Positions 25,601 to 40,600 of a stretch of 64,000 bases of DNA are shown piece after piece (the stretch's first letter is position 1; the number at the start of each line of letters is the position of its first letter). Location of the stretch: assembly GCF_037042905.1 (NCBI RefSeq), contig NC_087245.1, positions 36,272,001 to 36,336,000 on the forward strand. The letters are read 5' to 3'. The notes below the pieces were generated by a model that saw nothing but the letters and a program-made list of their open reading frames with translations, was not told where the DNA came from and did no database searches. Source of the DNA: Lytechinus pictus (taxonomy: Eukaryota). A program made the translations under genes and the position numbers.

Positions 25601-28600
25601 GACACATTTGTTGAAAAAATTATGACACTCTTGGATTTCCATAGAGTTACGATTGATTGGATCAATCATAACTCTTTGTAGACGGGGTCCAGATGTATAT
25701 ACATATTCTAATACACAATGTCGTCCCTGGCTTTCCATAGTTATGATCAATCACAACTCTCTGTAAGGACAGGCCTTGTACACACCTTGGGTTCCTTGAG
25801 ACCTTTGACGACATCGGCCATTGGAGTCATACTCGGGGCTACGTCCTTGCTTCCTGAGGCCTCCTCCTTCTTCCCTTCTTCACCCCCATCCTCCTTGGAA
25901 GTTCTTCCAGGCAAAGGCGGAAACGATGCCAGATCAATCTTTGGAGAGGACGGTGTCTTGGTTGTATCCTTCTCCTTGGGGTCTCGACTTTCTTTGGTAT
26001 TTGTACTGCTACTACCGGTGCCTCCTGCACTGCTCATGGTGCTGCTACTGGGATTACTGTTGCTACTGCTGGTGGTGACCGGGGTACCACTGGTGCTGTT
26101 GCTTCTTCTGCTTGGAGGGATGATGTCGTCATCTCGCCTCCGTCTATTCCGGAAGGTACTGTTATTAGAAGAGCTACTACTACTTAAAGGTCTCCTACGT
26201 GTTAGGTCATAATGACCACTGAGGCAGATTGAAAAGAGAGAGAGAGAAAAAAATCAATTTTCATTCTTCTTTTCATAATCACTTAAATCTTATGTTGACA
26301 TACATTTAAAAATAGAATAAATGCATTTAATAATGACAATGAGATTGAATTTCTTAACTCACTTAATACAAAATTTCCTTTTCTTAGTACTTTCACAGAA
26401 CAACTCACTGGCGAATGCATCAAAGCTTTCTGCACTGGGTCCTTGATGGATAAAAATCCTTGAATTACGAAAGCATTTTTTTTCCTTCATGTTGAACTAA
26501 CAATTCTTATCAACAACAAAATAAGGATCAATAAGAAACGACTCCTGGAAAAAGGGGAAGGCAACATTTCAACGTTTTTTTCCACAGAACATTAAAAAAG
26601 GGAGAGAAGAAAAACCTACTATAACACAACAAGAGAGGTGGAAGATGGATTAGGCCGGATCTTCTCCACAACTTACCTATGACTCTGTTGTAATGAGGTA
26701 CTAGTGCTGCCGATATGGGTATCATCGTTGAAATGCGGGTGTGGTCTCCTGGCGCCCTCCCTCCTCTTGGGGGCCAGGAACACCTCCCCTCCGCCTTTGT
26801 CCTCTTTCCTGTCCATCCGATCCAGTCTATCCAGCCTCTCCAGGGGTTCCTCCCCTCCCCGGGGGTAAGGTGGCATACGGGAGCTACTTAGGGGCATGGA
26901 GGGCTGCGTCGACCTGCGATGCTCGTGGGGGTGGTAGTGACGGGAGTGGTGTGACGGGAGGTTGGGGTCTAGTATACCCATCCGATCGTTCATACGGTGA
27001 TCGTTCATCCGCAGCTCGGGAGTACTGGATGACCGAGGATGACTCTTAATGGTTCTATTTGATATACTGCAATTGTCAAACAACAACAGGGCCAATTCGT
27101 GAGATGTGTTTTCTTCTCTGATAACTTTGCAGAGAGAGTGAGACACCTAATATTTCTTATAAAAATAACAAAATAAGGTTTCTAGAAATTGGAAGCAACT
27201 GAATACATCCTCTCCACATAAACAATCTGTTTTTAGCATTGGCGAAATTCCCCACAGGCATCTGTTATTATTCAAATTCATTAAATACCAAATAGACTGT
27301 TTGAATGTGCAAGCCCTTAAGCTGCCATGATGTGGATGAGATGAAATAAAAATCTGTTTCAATGGATGATTCAGAATTTACACAACTCTTTTTTTTTGTT
27401 AATCCGGTGGTAGATAAATCAATTTCAAATATTGGGATAAAACTTAAGATTGGATGATTCTGGAGTGTAACAATGACCCTATACCAAAGCTTCACACTGA
27501 CTTTCATCCTTCGTATCACTCCAAACAAGTCTAAGCCTTTTAAAATCAAGGGGGGGGGGGACATATTCAAAGATTTATTTGATCACCTTTTATTCTACAG
27601 AAAAACAATCGCATTTTCTTACATTTGCTCAAAAATTTCCTTTAAAATTCTTTCACTCCATACTTCATTTAAAGCGTATGTGTAAGGATAAATATGGATC
27701 TACAAACATTGTCATGAAGAGTTTAAATCTGCCAACTTAATCTAAACAAAAAGCAATATTGTTGATTGAATTGCATTACTTTTCTCAAAACATTTTTTTC
27801 CCCACTTCAAATGAAGATAAATTGTATTGACTTTTTCTTGCGATGTGAATTGTACAATTTTTCTTCAACCACAAAATGCAGTCATGAAATGATTAAGTTT
27901 TTTATATTCCCTCTCTTTCCTAAGCCCCATTCCATATAATTCCAATTCTCCTAACTTTGCCAGCCATGGCAACTTCCACGAAATCCTCGATTCTGATTGG
28001 CTGTTTCTCGCAACATGACCCCGTCAGTTTCTTACACAATCCGCAGTCAATAAGAAGCAAAATTTATCTTTCAATTATGACATTTTCTTTGGTGTGAATG
28101 AAAAGTTGATGACTTACACATGTGAATTCCTGGATCCCTGGTAACTATTGTGTCTACTGGTCTGTGTGTTGGTGGGTTGGTATTTCTGAGGGAAGGCACT
28201 GGTGGTCCCAAACTGTTGAGGCTGCTGTAAAACCACACACACACAAAAAAAAACACACATAACATATTTTTGTAGCTGAGTACATGAAGTTAAACAAACA
28301 TGATTTCATGAGAAAGTCTTTGAAATCAAGCTAATCACCATATCATGGTACACTTAGATCTGGTTTCATTTGCATAAAGCTAACTCTGAATTCCAGAAAT
28401 CCGAGCTGAAAAATGGCATTTATGATCACAAACACTGATAAGCACACATGGGACAGTATACTATCATTGCTTGGAATAAACGCCTTGCTGAAATGCATGT
28501 GGTTATTCTGTCAATTTCTCAGCAATTACATATTTTTTACCAGAATTATAAGGTCCATATTTTATCTATATATTTTTCATTTTCCTATCTCGTACAAATA

Positions 28601-31600
28601 CTAAGTGTTAAAAAGAGGTAAATTGGTCTAAATGATAATGCCGCACCGATAAGAGGCACCAAAAATCTGCACCGCTTTGTCATATCACAATCTACATAAA
28701 TGCTTTTGGGTCGACCTTGTTACCAGCCACAAATAACTATTTTACAAATAGTATTCCTCTCTTTTTTCCCCTACTTCTCACTGACTATCTGTCATCAGCA
28801 ACGAGTCATCGTCAGCGGGGTAATCTACATCATCGAGGCAAAGATTAATGTCTAATCTCAAAGCAAAGAGTCTGGTAACCTTAAAAGTCACATGCGCTTT
28901 CAGTCCAATCCAGCATCATGTCACAACTTTCACACTCGAAAGCGAACTGATCATAATTCACCAGAAGATATCACTTTGTAAAACATGGATATCCGAGTTA
29001 TATTTGCTTAAACATTGTAGCTTTTGTGAGGCTTCACTAACTGACATCGTGTCAGATAATGACGTGCAGAGGTCTTCTTTTAGCTGTTATGATGTCTTTC
29101 CTAACAATTTCATCAAAGGAAATATAGGGAAACACCCTGATATAATCCTAATTAAGCCTGGTATAATTAAAGACTGAGGTTTCATTGCCTGCTGAGATGA
29201 CTCTGTAGACTTGAAACTTGCAACAAAGATGAACATGTGGCAAATATCTTTTTTAATTCCAATATTTTGTGGGTTTCCCCCCCTACATTATTTCATCATA
29301 ATTTGAGCAAAAGAGAGATATAGTCAAGCCTACTGTAGCAACCACCTATATAAAAGGACAACCTATCTGTGAACACCACAAGTTTGGGTTTCCCTTAAAA
29401 AGTCACCCCCCCCCCATTAAAACACTTATTACAGAACCCTGTCTATAACGACCACCGGCTCATACAGACCACATTCTGTTTTCCCTCAGATGATCTTCAA
29501 AGTCAGGTATGTATATTTACATTTTTGAAAGACTGTACACCTTATGAGGCAATACAGAGCAGACAGAGAACTCAAAATGCTAATCAGAGCCAGTGAAATG
29601 TCACATAACAATCAAAGACACAGTCTCTATTTACTCTCAGTTTGTATTGCATTTAAGCAGCATGGGTTGTAAATGTAATGTATTTAGGCAAACTGCTGAC
29701 AGTACAAAGTCACAATGCTCATACAATAGAGCAGGCTCTAAAAGATTCATGATGCAGTAAAAATATCTCAAACCAATAAAACGTATCTGCATTGAATAGA
29801 ATGCTTGTAAAAGGATACTACAGTATCATAAAATATTTGATGGCGCAATGTCTCAGGCTTTGTAAATTGAAAAGAGGGTATTCTAACTGAAAGATGATTA
29901 ATAACATTATAGGATGAATTATAAAAAAAAATTTCATCAATGAACTTTTCTCTTTTATAACGCAAGATCCGTCAATATCCCCAACTGAACAAGATCTAGG
30001 GCCAACTTCATAAAAGACTAAAAATTATTGTAACTACCAAGATTACATGGCTCAACCAAAGTCAATATTCCATGGTAGTTACCTACTACTACAGAGTTGC
30101 CATGGTCCTCAAAAGAACCATCGGAATTCTCATAGTTACCATAATGGTAAATTTACCATAGTCTGTATGCCTGTTATGCAATGGGCTTCTGTTGCGTTTC
30201 AGGCAATGTAATAACAGTCAAATGCACAGCCATCAGGTTTGCATGCATTTTACATATGGCAGTCTGAGATATACAACTTCATGAAAAATCAAAGACCATC
30301 CTTAATAATAATAATAGGCATTTGTATAGCGCCATCTATCGAGAAACAATCTATTTTGAGGCGCATTGTTATTATTATTATTACCCTGGCTTTAGCTCAA
30401 GCTGCCTTTCAGCGCTCGTGCATTCAAGGAGTATGATCCTACTGGGTACCCATTCACCTCACCTGGGTCGAGTGCAGCATTGTGGAAAAATTTCTTGCTG
30501 AAGGAAAACATGCCATGGCTAGGATTTGAACCCTAGACCCTCTGTTTGAAAGGCGAGAGCCGGAACCACTAAACCACGACGCGCCCACAAGTTTTCTATT
30601 TTTCCTTCAATTTCATATTTTTAATGAATCTAAAGGAATGTTTAGCCATGTCAGTTCATTTTTCCTATTCTTTATTCTGCAAAAATTGAACAATTATAGA
30701 TCTATAGATTGAATGTTGTGAAATGAGAATGCTCTACAGTGGTTAAGCTTTTATCCTTATCTTAGTGGAGTAAAAAAAATATATATGCAATTAACGTTCA
30801 ATAGAGAGTCACAACCTTTGAATGTTAAGAACCCACTGTACCTTTCATAAAAGATTTGGGGGAAACTGTGGAGTAGTGGTCCACTTGCACTCCCCCTATC
30901 AGTTATATTGTGACAACAAGAGGTAACAGTGACTCAGTTCGCGTTTTGCCTCCCATGCACAAGTGGTGCAGAAAGAAAAATGATAATGATTATAGTAATG
31001 ATAAAGAATGCTGATACCTTACCTGACTTACAATAGCCTGAGGAGCTTCATAGTACGTCTGGCTCCACTGTGGCGGGACGTTGGCAGGGTAGTACGTGTA
31101 CTGCTGCTGCTGGATGATTCCGTTGAGGGGCTGCTGAGCTGCTGCCGCCGCCGCTGCAGAAGGGGCGGTGGTGTACTGCTGGAACTGCGTTGGCTGGAAT
31201 ACTGCTGTCTGGGCCTGGGAGAAGTTACTTGTGGCAAGATGGTAGCCATTGAGCACCTTGGGTGCTGCTTGTGTGTAGGTGATCCTCTGCAAAGGCTTCG
31301 CTTTTATCCTTGCCTGGATGAGGTAACAAAGCAATTGTGTTTAAAGGGTTTCTCTTTTTTTCAATCAAGGAATTTCTGTCCTTTTACAAAAAAAAAAGAT
31401 CTACATTTGACAATCTCCATTGCATCTCTCCATTCATGAATATGGGTATAAAATGGCAGGAAAAAATATTCCATGTACGCTGTGTGTGGTTACCTAGTCA
31501 AGCCAGAGAAAGTTTCATTTTATCCCCATGCTACTCCTCAATATCCACCTCATGTAAAAAAAATAGAAGATTTTGAAATAATTGGCTCCATCGCTCTTCT

Positions 31601-34600
31601 GGTCTCACCTCTCAGATGGAATTCAAGTTATGATTATTTGCTTTCACACTGGAAAAAACCTCGCAAAAGTTCTTAAAACATTGCAAATGACCTACTAACT
31701 TGTAGGCATCTTCTTTCCTTCTGTTTTTATGACAAGTACATTTTTTTTCTGATCAGACAAGAATAACGGGTGGGTGTTTGATAAAGCTGCGACCGGTACA
31801 TTTACCAGTCACGCGTGGAGACATTCGTAACTTACAAACAGTATTATGAGACATCCATCAGATCAGACATGACCAAGGTTTATTCCTGATCAGTCACGTG
31901 TGAACACCTCAATCCTACAGTACAGTCACATTGGCACCTATCATGCTACTATCAATGACAGACAATGGGTCAGCATGGAGATGGTTTCGTCGGTGCCACT
32001 GTAGTACCGGTGTACCTTACCCCTCTCATTCACGGTTCCAGGACATTTGCTCCGGCGACAATTGCTTCGCTCTAAATTCCCCACACTAAATCAAAAGACT
32101 AACTTCAACTCTGGGTTTAACACTATACCCTAACCCTAAACTTAACATAAGACCCTATTGCAACCTTAACCGTACATCTTTGACCATATTAAGCCCGGAG
32201 TAATCGTCGCAGGAGCAGATGTCGCGTCACCCCCATTCACAGGTGATTCCAAACAAATATTAATCAAACCCCTGTAATAAAACCAGATGGGAAAATGAAA
32301 CAAAGATAGATCTTACCATAATTGGTTTCCCTTGGAAGTGGCCAACCCGTTCCCGTAGATGTCTGTATGCTTTCTGGGCATCTGAGTCCGATTCAAATGT
32401 GATGTACCAGTTGTTGTTGTGAGCAAACTCACAGCTAACGAACTTGGGACATTGCTCGTGAGTAAAGAGGGCTTTTACATCCTGACAAAATAAAAAAAAT
32501 CACAAATATTTCATGATAATCACCACACTTTACTTCGATTCCTGCATGCATTTCAGGATGGCTACATCGGTCTAAGAAGTCACACCAATACCAAAAGACG
32601 TCTTAAAACACAGATGCTCAGTGTGTCATCGTGCCAAATCGCTGTATTCAGTGCAGGTGTGAATGCATTTGGAAAATACACTGTCCATTGGAAAGAACGC
32701 TCAAATACATTTTCTTTTCTTTTTTTCAATCACATAATTCCATGTGATGTTGTTAGTATTGAAGGTAAAGAGAAATTTCATTAAATTTTGAACATTACAA
32801 AACATAATCAAAATTGAAAATAAAAACAAAATTCAATAAATTTTGTACATTAAAAGATTTGAAATAAAAAAAAACTTTAATCAAGTCCTTTAGGGCAGTG
32901 ACTAACCTCGATTGGAGTAGTATCTGGGACCTCTCTTAAGATGACTGTACATCGTTTGTGATTCGGTCTAACCTTCTCTCCTTTCTCATCTACTTGAACA
33001 AGGGGTGATTCTGCAAGGGGGACAAGGAAAGGAAATCAAAATGAATATTGATAGTCATCTTTTTCAATAGTGATAATGGTGGTGGTGGTGGTGATGGTGA
33101 TAGTGAAGACAAAGACGATATTGATGAAGATGAATGATGGTGGTGACAATGACAATGACATTGATGGTGGTGATGACAATGACGATATTGATGACAATGA
33201 CAATAGCAATGATGATATCGATGATGATGATGATGATAATGACAATGATGATGATATTGATGATGATGATTATGACGAAGTAGATGATGATGATGTAGAT
33301 GATGATGATAATGATGATGATTTTCAAAATAAATCCAACCCCAAAATACCTAGAGAATTCTAACAATCATTGCAGGAATCTTATATGAAATAATATTTCA
33401 TATATTTCATAGTATTAAGAAACTAGTCTAATGTTTTATTTATTATAAAAAGTAAATAATTATGACAAACCAGATCATTTGTGCTCACTGAAAAAATAAT
33501 ATCAACACTTGGAAGTTGGAATACTTCTTCACATAAAGGTATTTATAAAATTTCAAATCTACCATATGGTACATTAGGCCCCATTTTGCGTAGCAATATG
33601 TCTGCCTTGTATGTGTACAAATAGAAAGGAATCCATGCATCATTTTCCCTACCAGTATTGCTTTTTTTAGTTTGACTGTATTCCCGATGAGAAATTTGCT
33701 ATATTTGTATTGAATATCGTTGGCTGAAAATAACACAACCACCAAGCATGGGGAGACAAGATTTTACTCAAAATGCAAACGACCTCTTGTCAAGCACTGA
33801 CCACAACTCCATCAAACTGCCCAAGAATAAGAGGACAGGCATCGCGGTTTCTATTTCTAGGAATTGATGGGACGCTATCTCTACCAATTATCATGTCTCC
33901 ATCTCCACTCTCCCGTCTCTCTTCTCATCTCCCTGGTCACAATCAAACGTTGAGTCATTTTACATCTCATTAATAAACCATCCTGGGCCCGGTAACATAA
34001 CGCTTAGAGATTGATTGCAAGGCTGACTTTCACGATTGATCATATACAATAATCAATCGTAGAAATCAACCCACGATCAATCTCTAAGCTTTCTGTAACA
34101 GGACACGGTTCTTCATCCCCTACGATGTTGTCTGGTTGGAGTCAGGGCTCGGGGGAGTGTTTTATGAAACATGCCCGTCACACATATTCACAGACAAAAC
34201 TAATTTTGGCAAATGAGACAAAGATTTTGGTAGCTTATAACAGGGGTAAACGATGAAACACTTGATGAAACGCTCCCCGGGGTAGTGTTTCATAAGACAT
34301 CTTGTCAGTGAATTGCTCTACGCCAATCAGTTGCAAGGATTTCAGCTGCTTGATATTAGTTTCATGAAATACTCCCCAGATTTTTTTTCTTCTGGCTTTA
34401 TGAAGAGGATGTGCATTTAAAGGAAACCAAAACCCAAGATGAGAAGCAATCTTATTGGAAAGAGTAAAACAAGAGGAATAATTTAAAACAAGTTTCATCA
34501 AAATCGGTTGTGAAATAAGCAAGTTATGGATGTTTCAAAAGCCTTGTTGTACTTCCTATGGGGATCCTCAAATTGGCAAACATGCTTCAAAATGGCTGAT

Positions 34601-37600
34601 TTTGTGGACAACTCTCCATTTGTTTTGTACACAATATTTAAGATTTTCCCTATTATCTTTAAAATAGCATATTCCCTCATTCTGAGCATAACATGTGTCA
34701 TGGGAAAATATAATTCACACCACATATGTCAAGGTCAAGAGGAGGAGTTGATGTGAAATATTTTAAATAAAGGGGAAAATCTGAAAATCTGTATACAAAA
34801 CAAATGGAGGGTTGTCCACAAAATCAGCCATTTTGAAGCATGTTTTCTAATTTGAGGATCCCCATAAAAAGTACAACAAGACTTTTCAAATGTCCATAAC
34901 TTGCCTATTTCACAACCAATTTTGATGAAACTTGTTTTTTTAAAACTGTTCCTCTTGTTTTACTCTTTCGATAAGATTGCTTCTCTTATTGGGTTTTGGT
35001 TTCCTTTAATGCGGACCTCCCGCTCCCAAACCTATTCATTCGGGGGGGGGGGGGGGCATCAAAAAGTGTTATGAATAGTATAATGGAACAGTAGGCCCCC
35101 TAAAAGAGGGTCAGACCACATCATAAATTCATTTGCGTAGCCCAGCACTTGACTGCAGTGATGTTAATAACCAATTTATCAAATTTGAAGTTCCAATCAT
35201 TGTGATTACTTTTTAAATATTCATGATATTTTCCTCCTTCTCCGTCCATTATTTTGTATTCATTAGGTATTATGACTATATTTTTATTATGAAATTATTT
35301 TGTATATAACTAAGTAAAACATTTTATATGATGTATTTTATTACTTTACAGAAATAAAAATGAATTCAAACCTGGCTGGTTCGCTTTTTTAATGGGAGGG
35401 GTGTGCTTTCAGTTTTTCTTCACTGGTTACATATTTTTGCCTTTGAGTTATAAATTCCATTTATTTTATTCATGCTTTGTCCTCCTGATATTATTCATCA
35501 CTAAGAATTATCAAAACCAATCCTCTACCAAACATGACTTGGGATATTTTTTCATTGCGGATACCCCTACATGCTACATGCAATCCTAAATATATTTCTG
35601 GTGTGCCCTCGAGTCAGAGGACATTAGGGAGATATTAATATTTTTGTATATGACAAACAAGGGAGAGTTTCCTCAGGATAACTACATACTCCACATAGGC
35701 CCTGTAACACAAAGTGCAGCAATTGATATTAGGGCTCATTTCTGTGATTGATTGCATTGACTATTGTGTATGATCAATCATAAAAATTAGCCCTATGATC
35801 CATCACAAAGCTTTGTTAGAGCTCAAATCACTGATTCAAGCATGAATTTGTAAATGAATTTTTGAAGATTTCATCTTCCCTTTATAAAATTATCATCAAT
35901 CTGTGGCATAGTGAGGCTCCATCAGCCCAGGTTTGCTCAAACTCAACAGCCAACCAGCCTTGCTCAAATCGTCTGTTGTATAGCATGCTCTTTGTTTTTT
36001 TAATGAAGCCAAAGTAGACTCTGGGATCGTTCTGGGGAGAAAACCTGCAATTGTATCTTTACTACAAACTGCTAGAGGTGATTCTGACACTGATTGCTAC
36101 CCGAGATCTTTTTTTTTTGGTACCTCTAAATGAAGGATTCATTCATAATTCATTACACATGTCATAATCCACTGAATATCACAATACATTTAATATTTTC
36201 TCCAGTAATCTCTTAATCTGGCTACTTCAATTCTTTGTTTGTAATTATTCTATTTCTCTTACAAAAAGGTTTCTTAAATTTGAATCTCTTCTGTCTAAAC
36301 CATATATATTTCTATTAAGCAACATTTTATAGATACATCAAAAGGCGACTGTCATGGTCATATCCATGTTTTTATCGATATTTATTTTTAGTAAACAAAA
36401 ATTATTCACATGAATTTCAACACTGAAAGTTCCCAAGATCACATTTTGAAAAAGTGGAACGCCTTTGGCAGTTTCGCCTGCATTACATGATTCAATATAG
36501 CAGCAGTGCTGACTTTGAAAACAATTAAAAAATTTAAAAAAAAACACAATTGATATGATAATAAAATACTATGTTCATTGTCCCTAAATGAGCTTTGACC
36601 TAGATCATGTGACCCAAGACTCGTGCAAAACAATTAAGTGATACTTGTAACTCTTTATTAAACAGGCCCCAGATTTTTTTTAATAAAATTTTTCAGTGTT
36701 GTCTGTTTGATTTTTCTCTTTTTCTTTAAATCAACTTTTTATAGCGGTGGACTTCCCTTACGATTGAATCTTATCAGAATCCCATTCTGGTGCTTCCAGT
36801 TTAATAGAATACCTTTGGATCAATAAAGAATATAATTGATCAGTACGGCCATCTGCACCAGCCCGAGTTTTCAAATTAGAGCGCTACTTCTGATCCGGCA
36901 AATTATCCCGATCTGGACAATCTCGAGATTATTTGTAATGGAGACGCAATTATCGTGCTAGTTCGCATGATTAATCTCGAGATTGCAAGTCAACTTGGGA
37001 TTATTTGCAAAATAGCATTATCCCGCTAATTCGCAGGTGTGGACGCACTCCGGATTATTTATTCACGGTGTCAGACCATAATGCATCGATGCCTCGCTCG
37101 AGCAGGAATCGCTCCTCTTGGTTTCTTAAATCTCGAGATTAATCACAAAGAGGGCCGATCGGGCTAAAATCTTGAGATTGAGCTAACTCGGGCTGGTGCA
37201 GCACCACCTAGTATCGTCTCTATCTGATATACTCACCCCTCAGTACATCTATTACTAGCGGCAATTCATGGGTTAGTTTGGTGACCGCATTGAAGCTGGC
37301 TATCGTTTTGATGGTCACATACTGGTCTGAGTCCATCTGTGATTGGAGATATCTGTCATTGGCCAGGTTCTCCCTGCATGAGAATAAGAACAAAAACCTA
37401 ATGAATAGACGGATGTTTGAAAATTACCTGTTTTTTTATTTCAGATTTGAGCTGTAATGAAATAGGTTTTATCCAAAATGATATCAAATGATAATCAATG
37501 ATGACTTTACCAGCTACTATGACAATATGAATATGGATGAGAAGAGTAAGATTTGAGGGATTTCTGCTCTTTTGGAGGGGGGGGGGGGAAGTTTTCATTT

Positions 37601-40600
37601 TCTTATTTTTTTCATTTTGGGGTCCTTTCATGCAGAACAGTTTTAGTCTGCTCTCACATTTCTCCCCATGTAAGCTTTAAATTCCCTGCTTCCCCTACAT
37701 CAGAGAGGGGTTTATGTTTGTAAATATTGAGTCATTCATTAGTAAGCGTTAATCACCCTGTATCAAAATCTGGCAATGACCTCTCCTCTGTAACATGAGT
37801 TGTCTCCAATCATTGACATAATCATGTGTTTGCCCGTGTGTGTGTGTACATGGGTGCCTGCATGTATTGAGAACAATTGGGTGCAACAGATACACACACA
37901 CGTTCAGATCGGCAGGAAATTCTGCATTCTATGCCTTGATGACTGTACAGCGCAGGGTTCATCTGATCTCCATATGGAAAAGAGGAGGGGGGGGGGATGA
38001 AACTCTTCTCATTTTTCCAAGGGGGGAATGCTGACGTTTGTTTTTCCCATGTTTGATACTGCCACAACCTTGCGGGGAAATGTGCAAAGTGGGGATTCCG
38101 AGTGCATGAACAAATTGCAGTTGCACCATATGTTTACCGAGATAGCATGCATGTCCCGAGCATTACAGGCGAGAACAGTTGAACATAACTTCGTTTAAAG
38201 GAACGATACAGGCAAACATTTGTATGCTATTCTTGAGTCCCACTGAAAACCCTGTAACAGTCTGTAGTCAAAAGGATCCTGACACAAGTTTGAGAAAATA
38301 AATTGAATGACAATGTTTCAACGTTTTAAAATAATTTGCCTAAACGTAACTGTACACTGTAGTATATGCATGAAATTTAATATTTCCTTCTATTTTGAAC
38401 TTTGTATATATATATGGTATACACTTGTGTGAAAGAATATCTCCATTTGTGGATCTATAAACAATACCACGATGACAGCTTGGGGGTCCTTTAAGTTTTT
38501 ACTAATCATAATCGTGAGTTGACCTTTTTGCAGGTCACTTGACTAATCATATTCATAGCACCTTGGACACGTCTCCTTTCAATAAAAAGTGGAGAAGCTG
38601 CCACATCTAATTCTTAACGGCCAATGTTTTTTTACACAGAAGTGAATCGTCGGCCACGTCAAAAATTCTGCACTCTCAATCTCCCTAATGCATTTGATCT
38701 TATCTAGATTGGGTGTCCACAAATACTCTCTACCATTGGTGCTTTATGCATGTTCACACCTAAAGGAGGTGCTTTAGCACCAACTGATGAAAAAAAATTG
38801 CTTTTTTGCTCACACAGCGTAAAGCGAGTAATGTGACTTGCAATATCCACGAAAAAGCAAATACCTGCAATACACATGTAATTTTCAAAATAAAAGGAAC
38901 TTTCGATTGAATTGCCAAAAGGTTGCTGGAATATTGAAGTGTAAAACAAACTGCCACCACTTTGTGTACAAGAAGAATGTGCATCATCTGCTATGAAGAA
39001 GTATTGTTTTAGGATTACAACTACAAGAACTTTATCTGGTTGAGTCTGGGTGTTAATGCGTGAAATGAATTAGCGGGACTCCAGGCGATCATTCTATTAA
39101 CAATTTTGTTCAACAAGTTGTCAGATCTAGCAACTTTCCTTGATTTTGAACTGGCTGAGAAACACTTTTCCTATGGTTACTGTCGGATAATACTGGATTT
39201 GTCGGATAAAACGTCCAAGTCCTTTCATGAAATGCTCCTCAGGGCATGAACAGGTATTTTCACGGTGTGGGTGGGTGTGAGTACGCCTAATGTGGTCAAT
39301 CCCTATGTGGTCTTACAGGATCAAAACCTACTCCTCTATGAATGAATAACAAGGCGCAGAAATATATGTACAAGATTAACGCTATAAGAGGTCATCACTA
39401 AGCAATATCAGTGAAGAGTATTGGAAGTGTGTTTATGAAGTACACTTTACCACTACAAGCGAATGAAGTTGCTGTATATGCAAGTCTACTGCAATGTGTG
39501 TGTGTCTGTGTATCAACCAGATATGATTACATCTGGGAACGACCTTTGTCATAATTCAAACGACGACTTGACCGGGGCTCGAAACTCTGCATCAATTTGT
39601 AACTTCCCCAATGAGCTTGGATTACAGACGCACGCCACAATGGCCAGTTGATGTGTGCATGTACTCTTTATACGTCGACATCAATGTCAAATAATTGGCT
39701 AAATCAAAGCATTATTTCAGACCAGAAAATGCAAAGCGTGTGTTTACAACACCTTCTTAGTCGAATTTCACTTAAGTTGAACAGATTTCTATGGTCCCAA
39801 GAGGCCGAGTCTCCTGAATTTGCTCCAATACCTGGACCGTCTAGACTAAATCCAAATAATACCCCTTTCATAAACCCAATTATGCGGCTAATAGCAGCAT
39901 AATTTGGTCATAAAATCGGAGGAGGACCAGAGTTATCCGCATTATTTTTATGCTGCAATTATCCGCATAATAGCAGCATCGGGACCAGATTTTGACTTTA
40001 AGAACGCATTTCAAAGTAATGCGGATAATTGCCATGGTGCGGTCACAAGGTCACCCTTCTCCAACACAACCGCATCGGAGGGGGTGTGTGCGGTTGCCAT
40101 GACGATTATCCGCCTTTTTTCAGGACGGGCGCTCGTAAAAATAGTGCAGATTATTTTCGGAGTTTGTGAACGCAATTTTTATTGAATTATCCGCATTACT
40201 CTTAGGCGGCTAATTGGAGGATGGGTTTATGAAAGGGGTATAAGAGTTACAACAGTTCAATATTTTTTTTAGCAAATACATAAACAAAATAATCAGAATG
40301 CATAAACTCAAGACTAATTTGGTCTTTAAAATACTTGCAAATGCAGCGTAAGCTTTTTCTGGTGACATCATGAGCCTCCGCTGATCACGTGCAGATTATA
40401 TGAGATAATATTCTTAACCAAAAGAAAATCTCATGGGCTAAATTACTATGGTTTGGTCCTATTATCTATCACCTTTAACCACTAGTCAACCCTTCCTAAT
40501 CCAATACTGTTATCATCTGTCTTTTGATAAGTGATATAAACAGCATGTTCAGACAAAGCAAAATGTGTTTAAAATGCGCTGTTCTCTCCTTTGAATGTGA

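Noticed and set aside
30510..30587. tRNA-like sequences here and at 46631-46700 and 46908-46980
   Set aside because: A and B boxes are present, but I could not fold a complete cloverleaf and they run into SINE bodies.
22035..31439. Plus-strand ORFs (e.g. 25718-26212, 23877-24131, 22035-22418, 31008-31439; also 1732-2261)
   Set aside because: These are antisense shadows of GC-richer coding exons, with no domain similarity or splice logic of their own.
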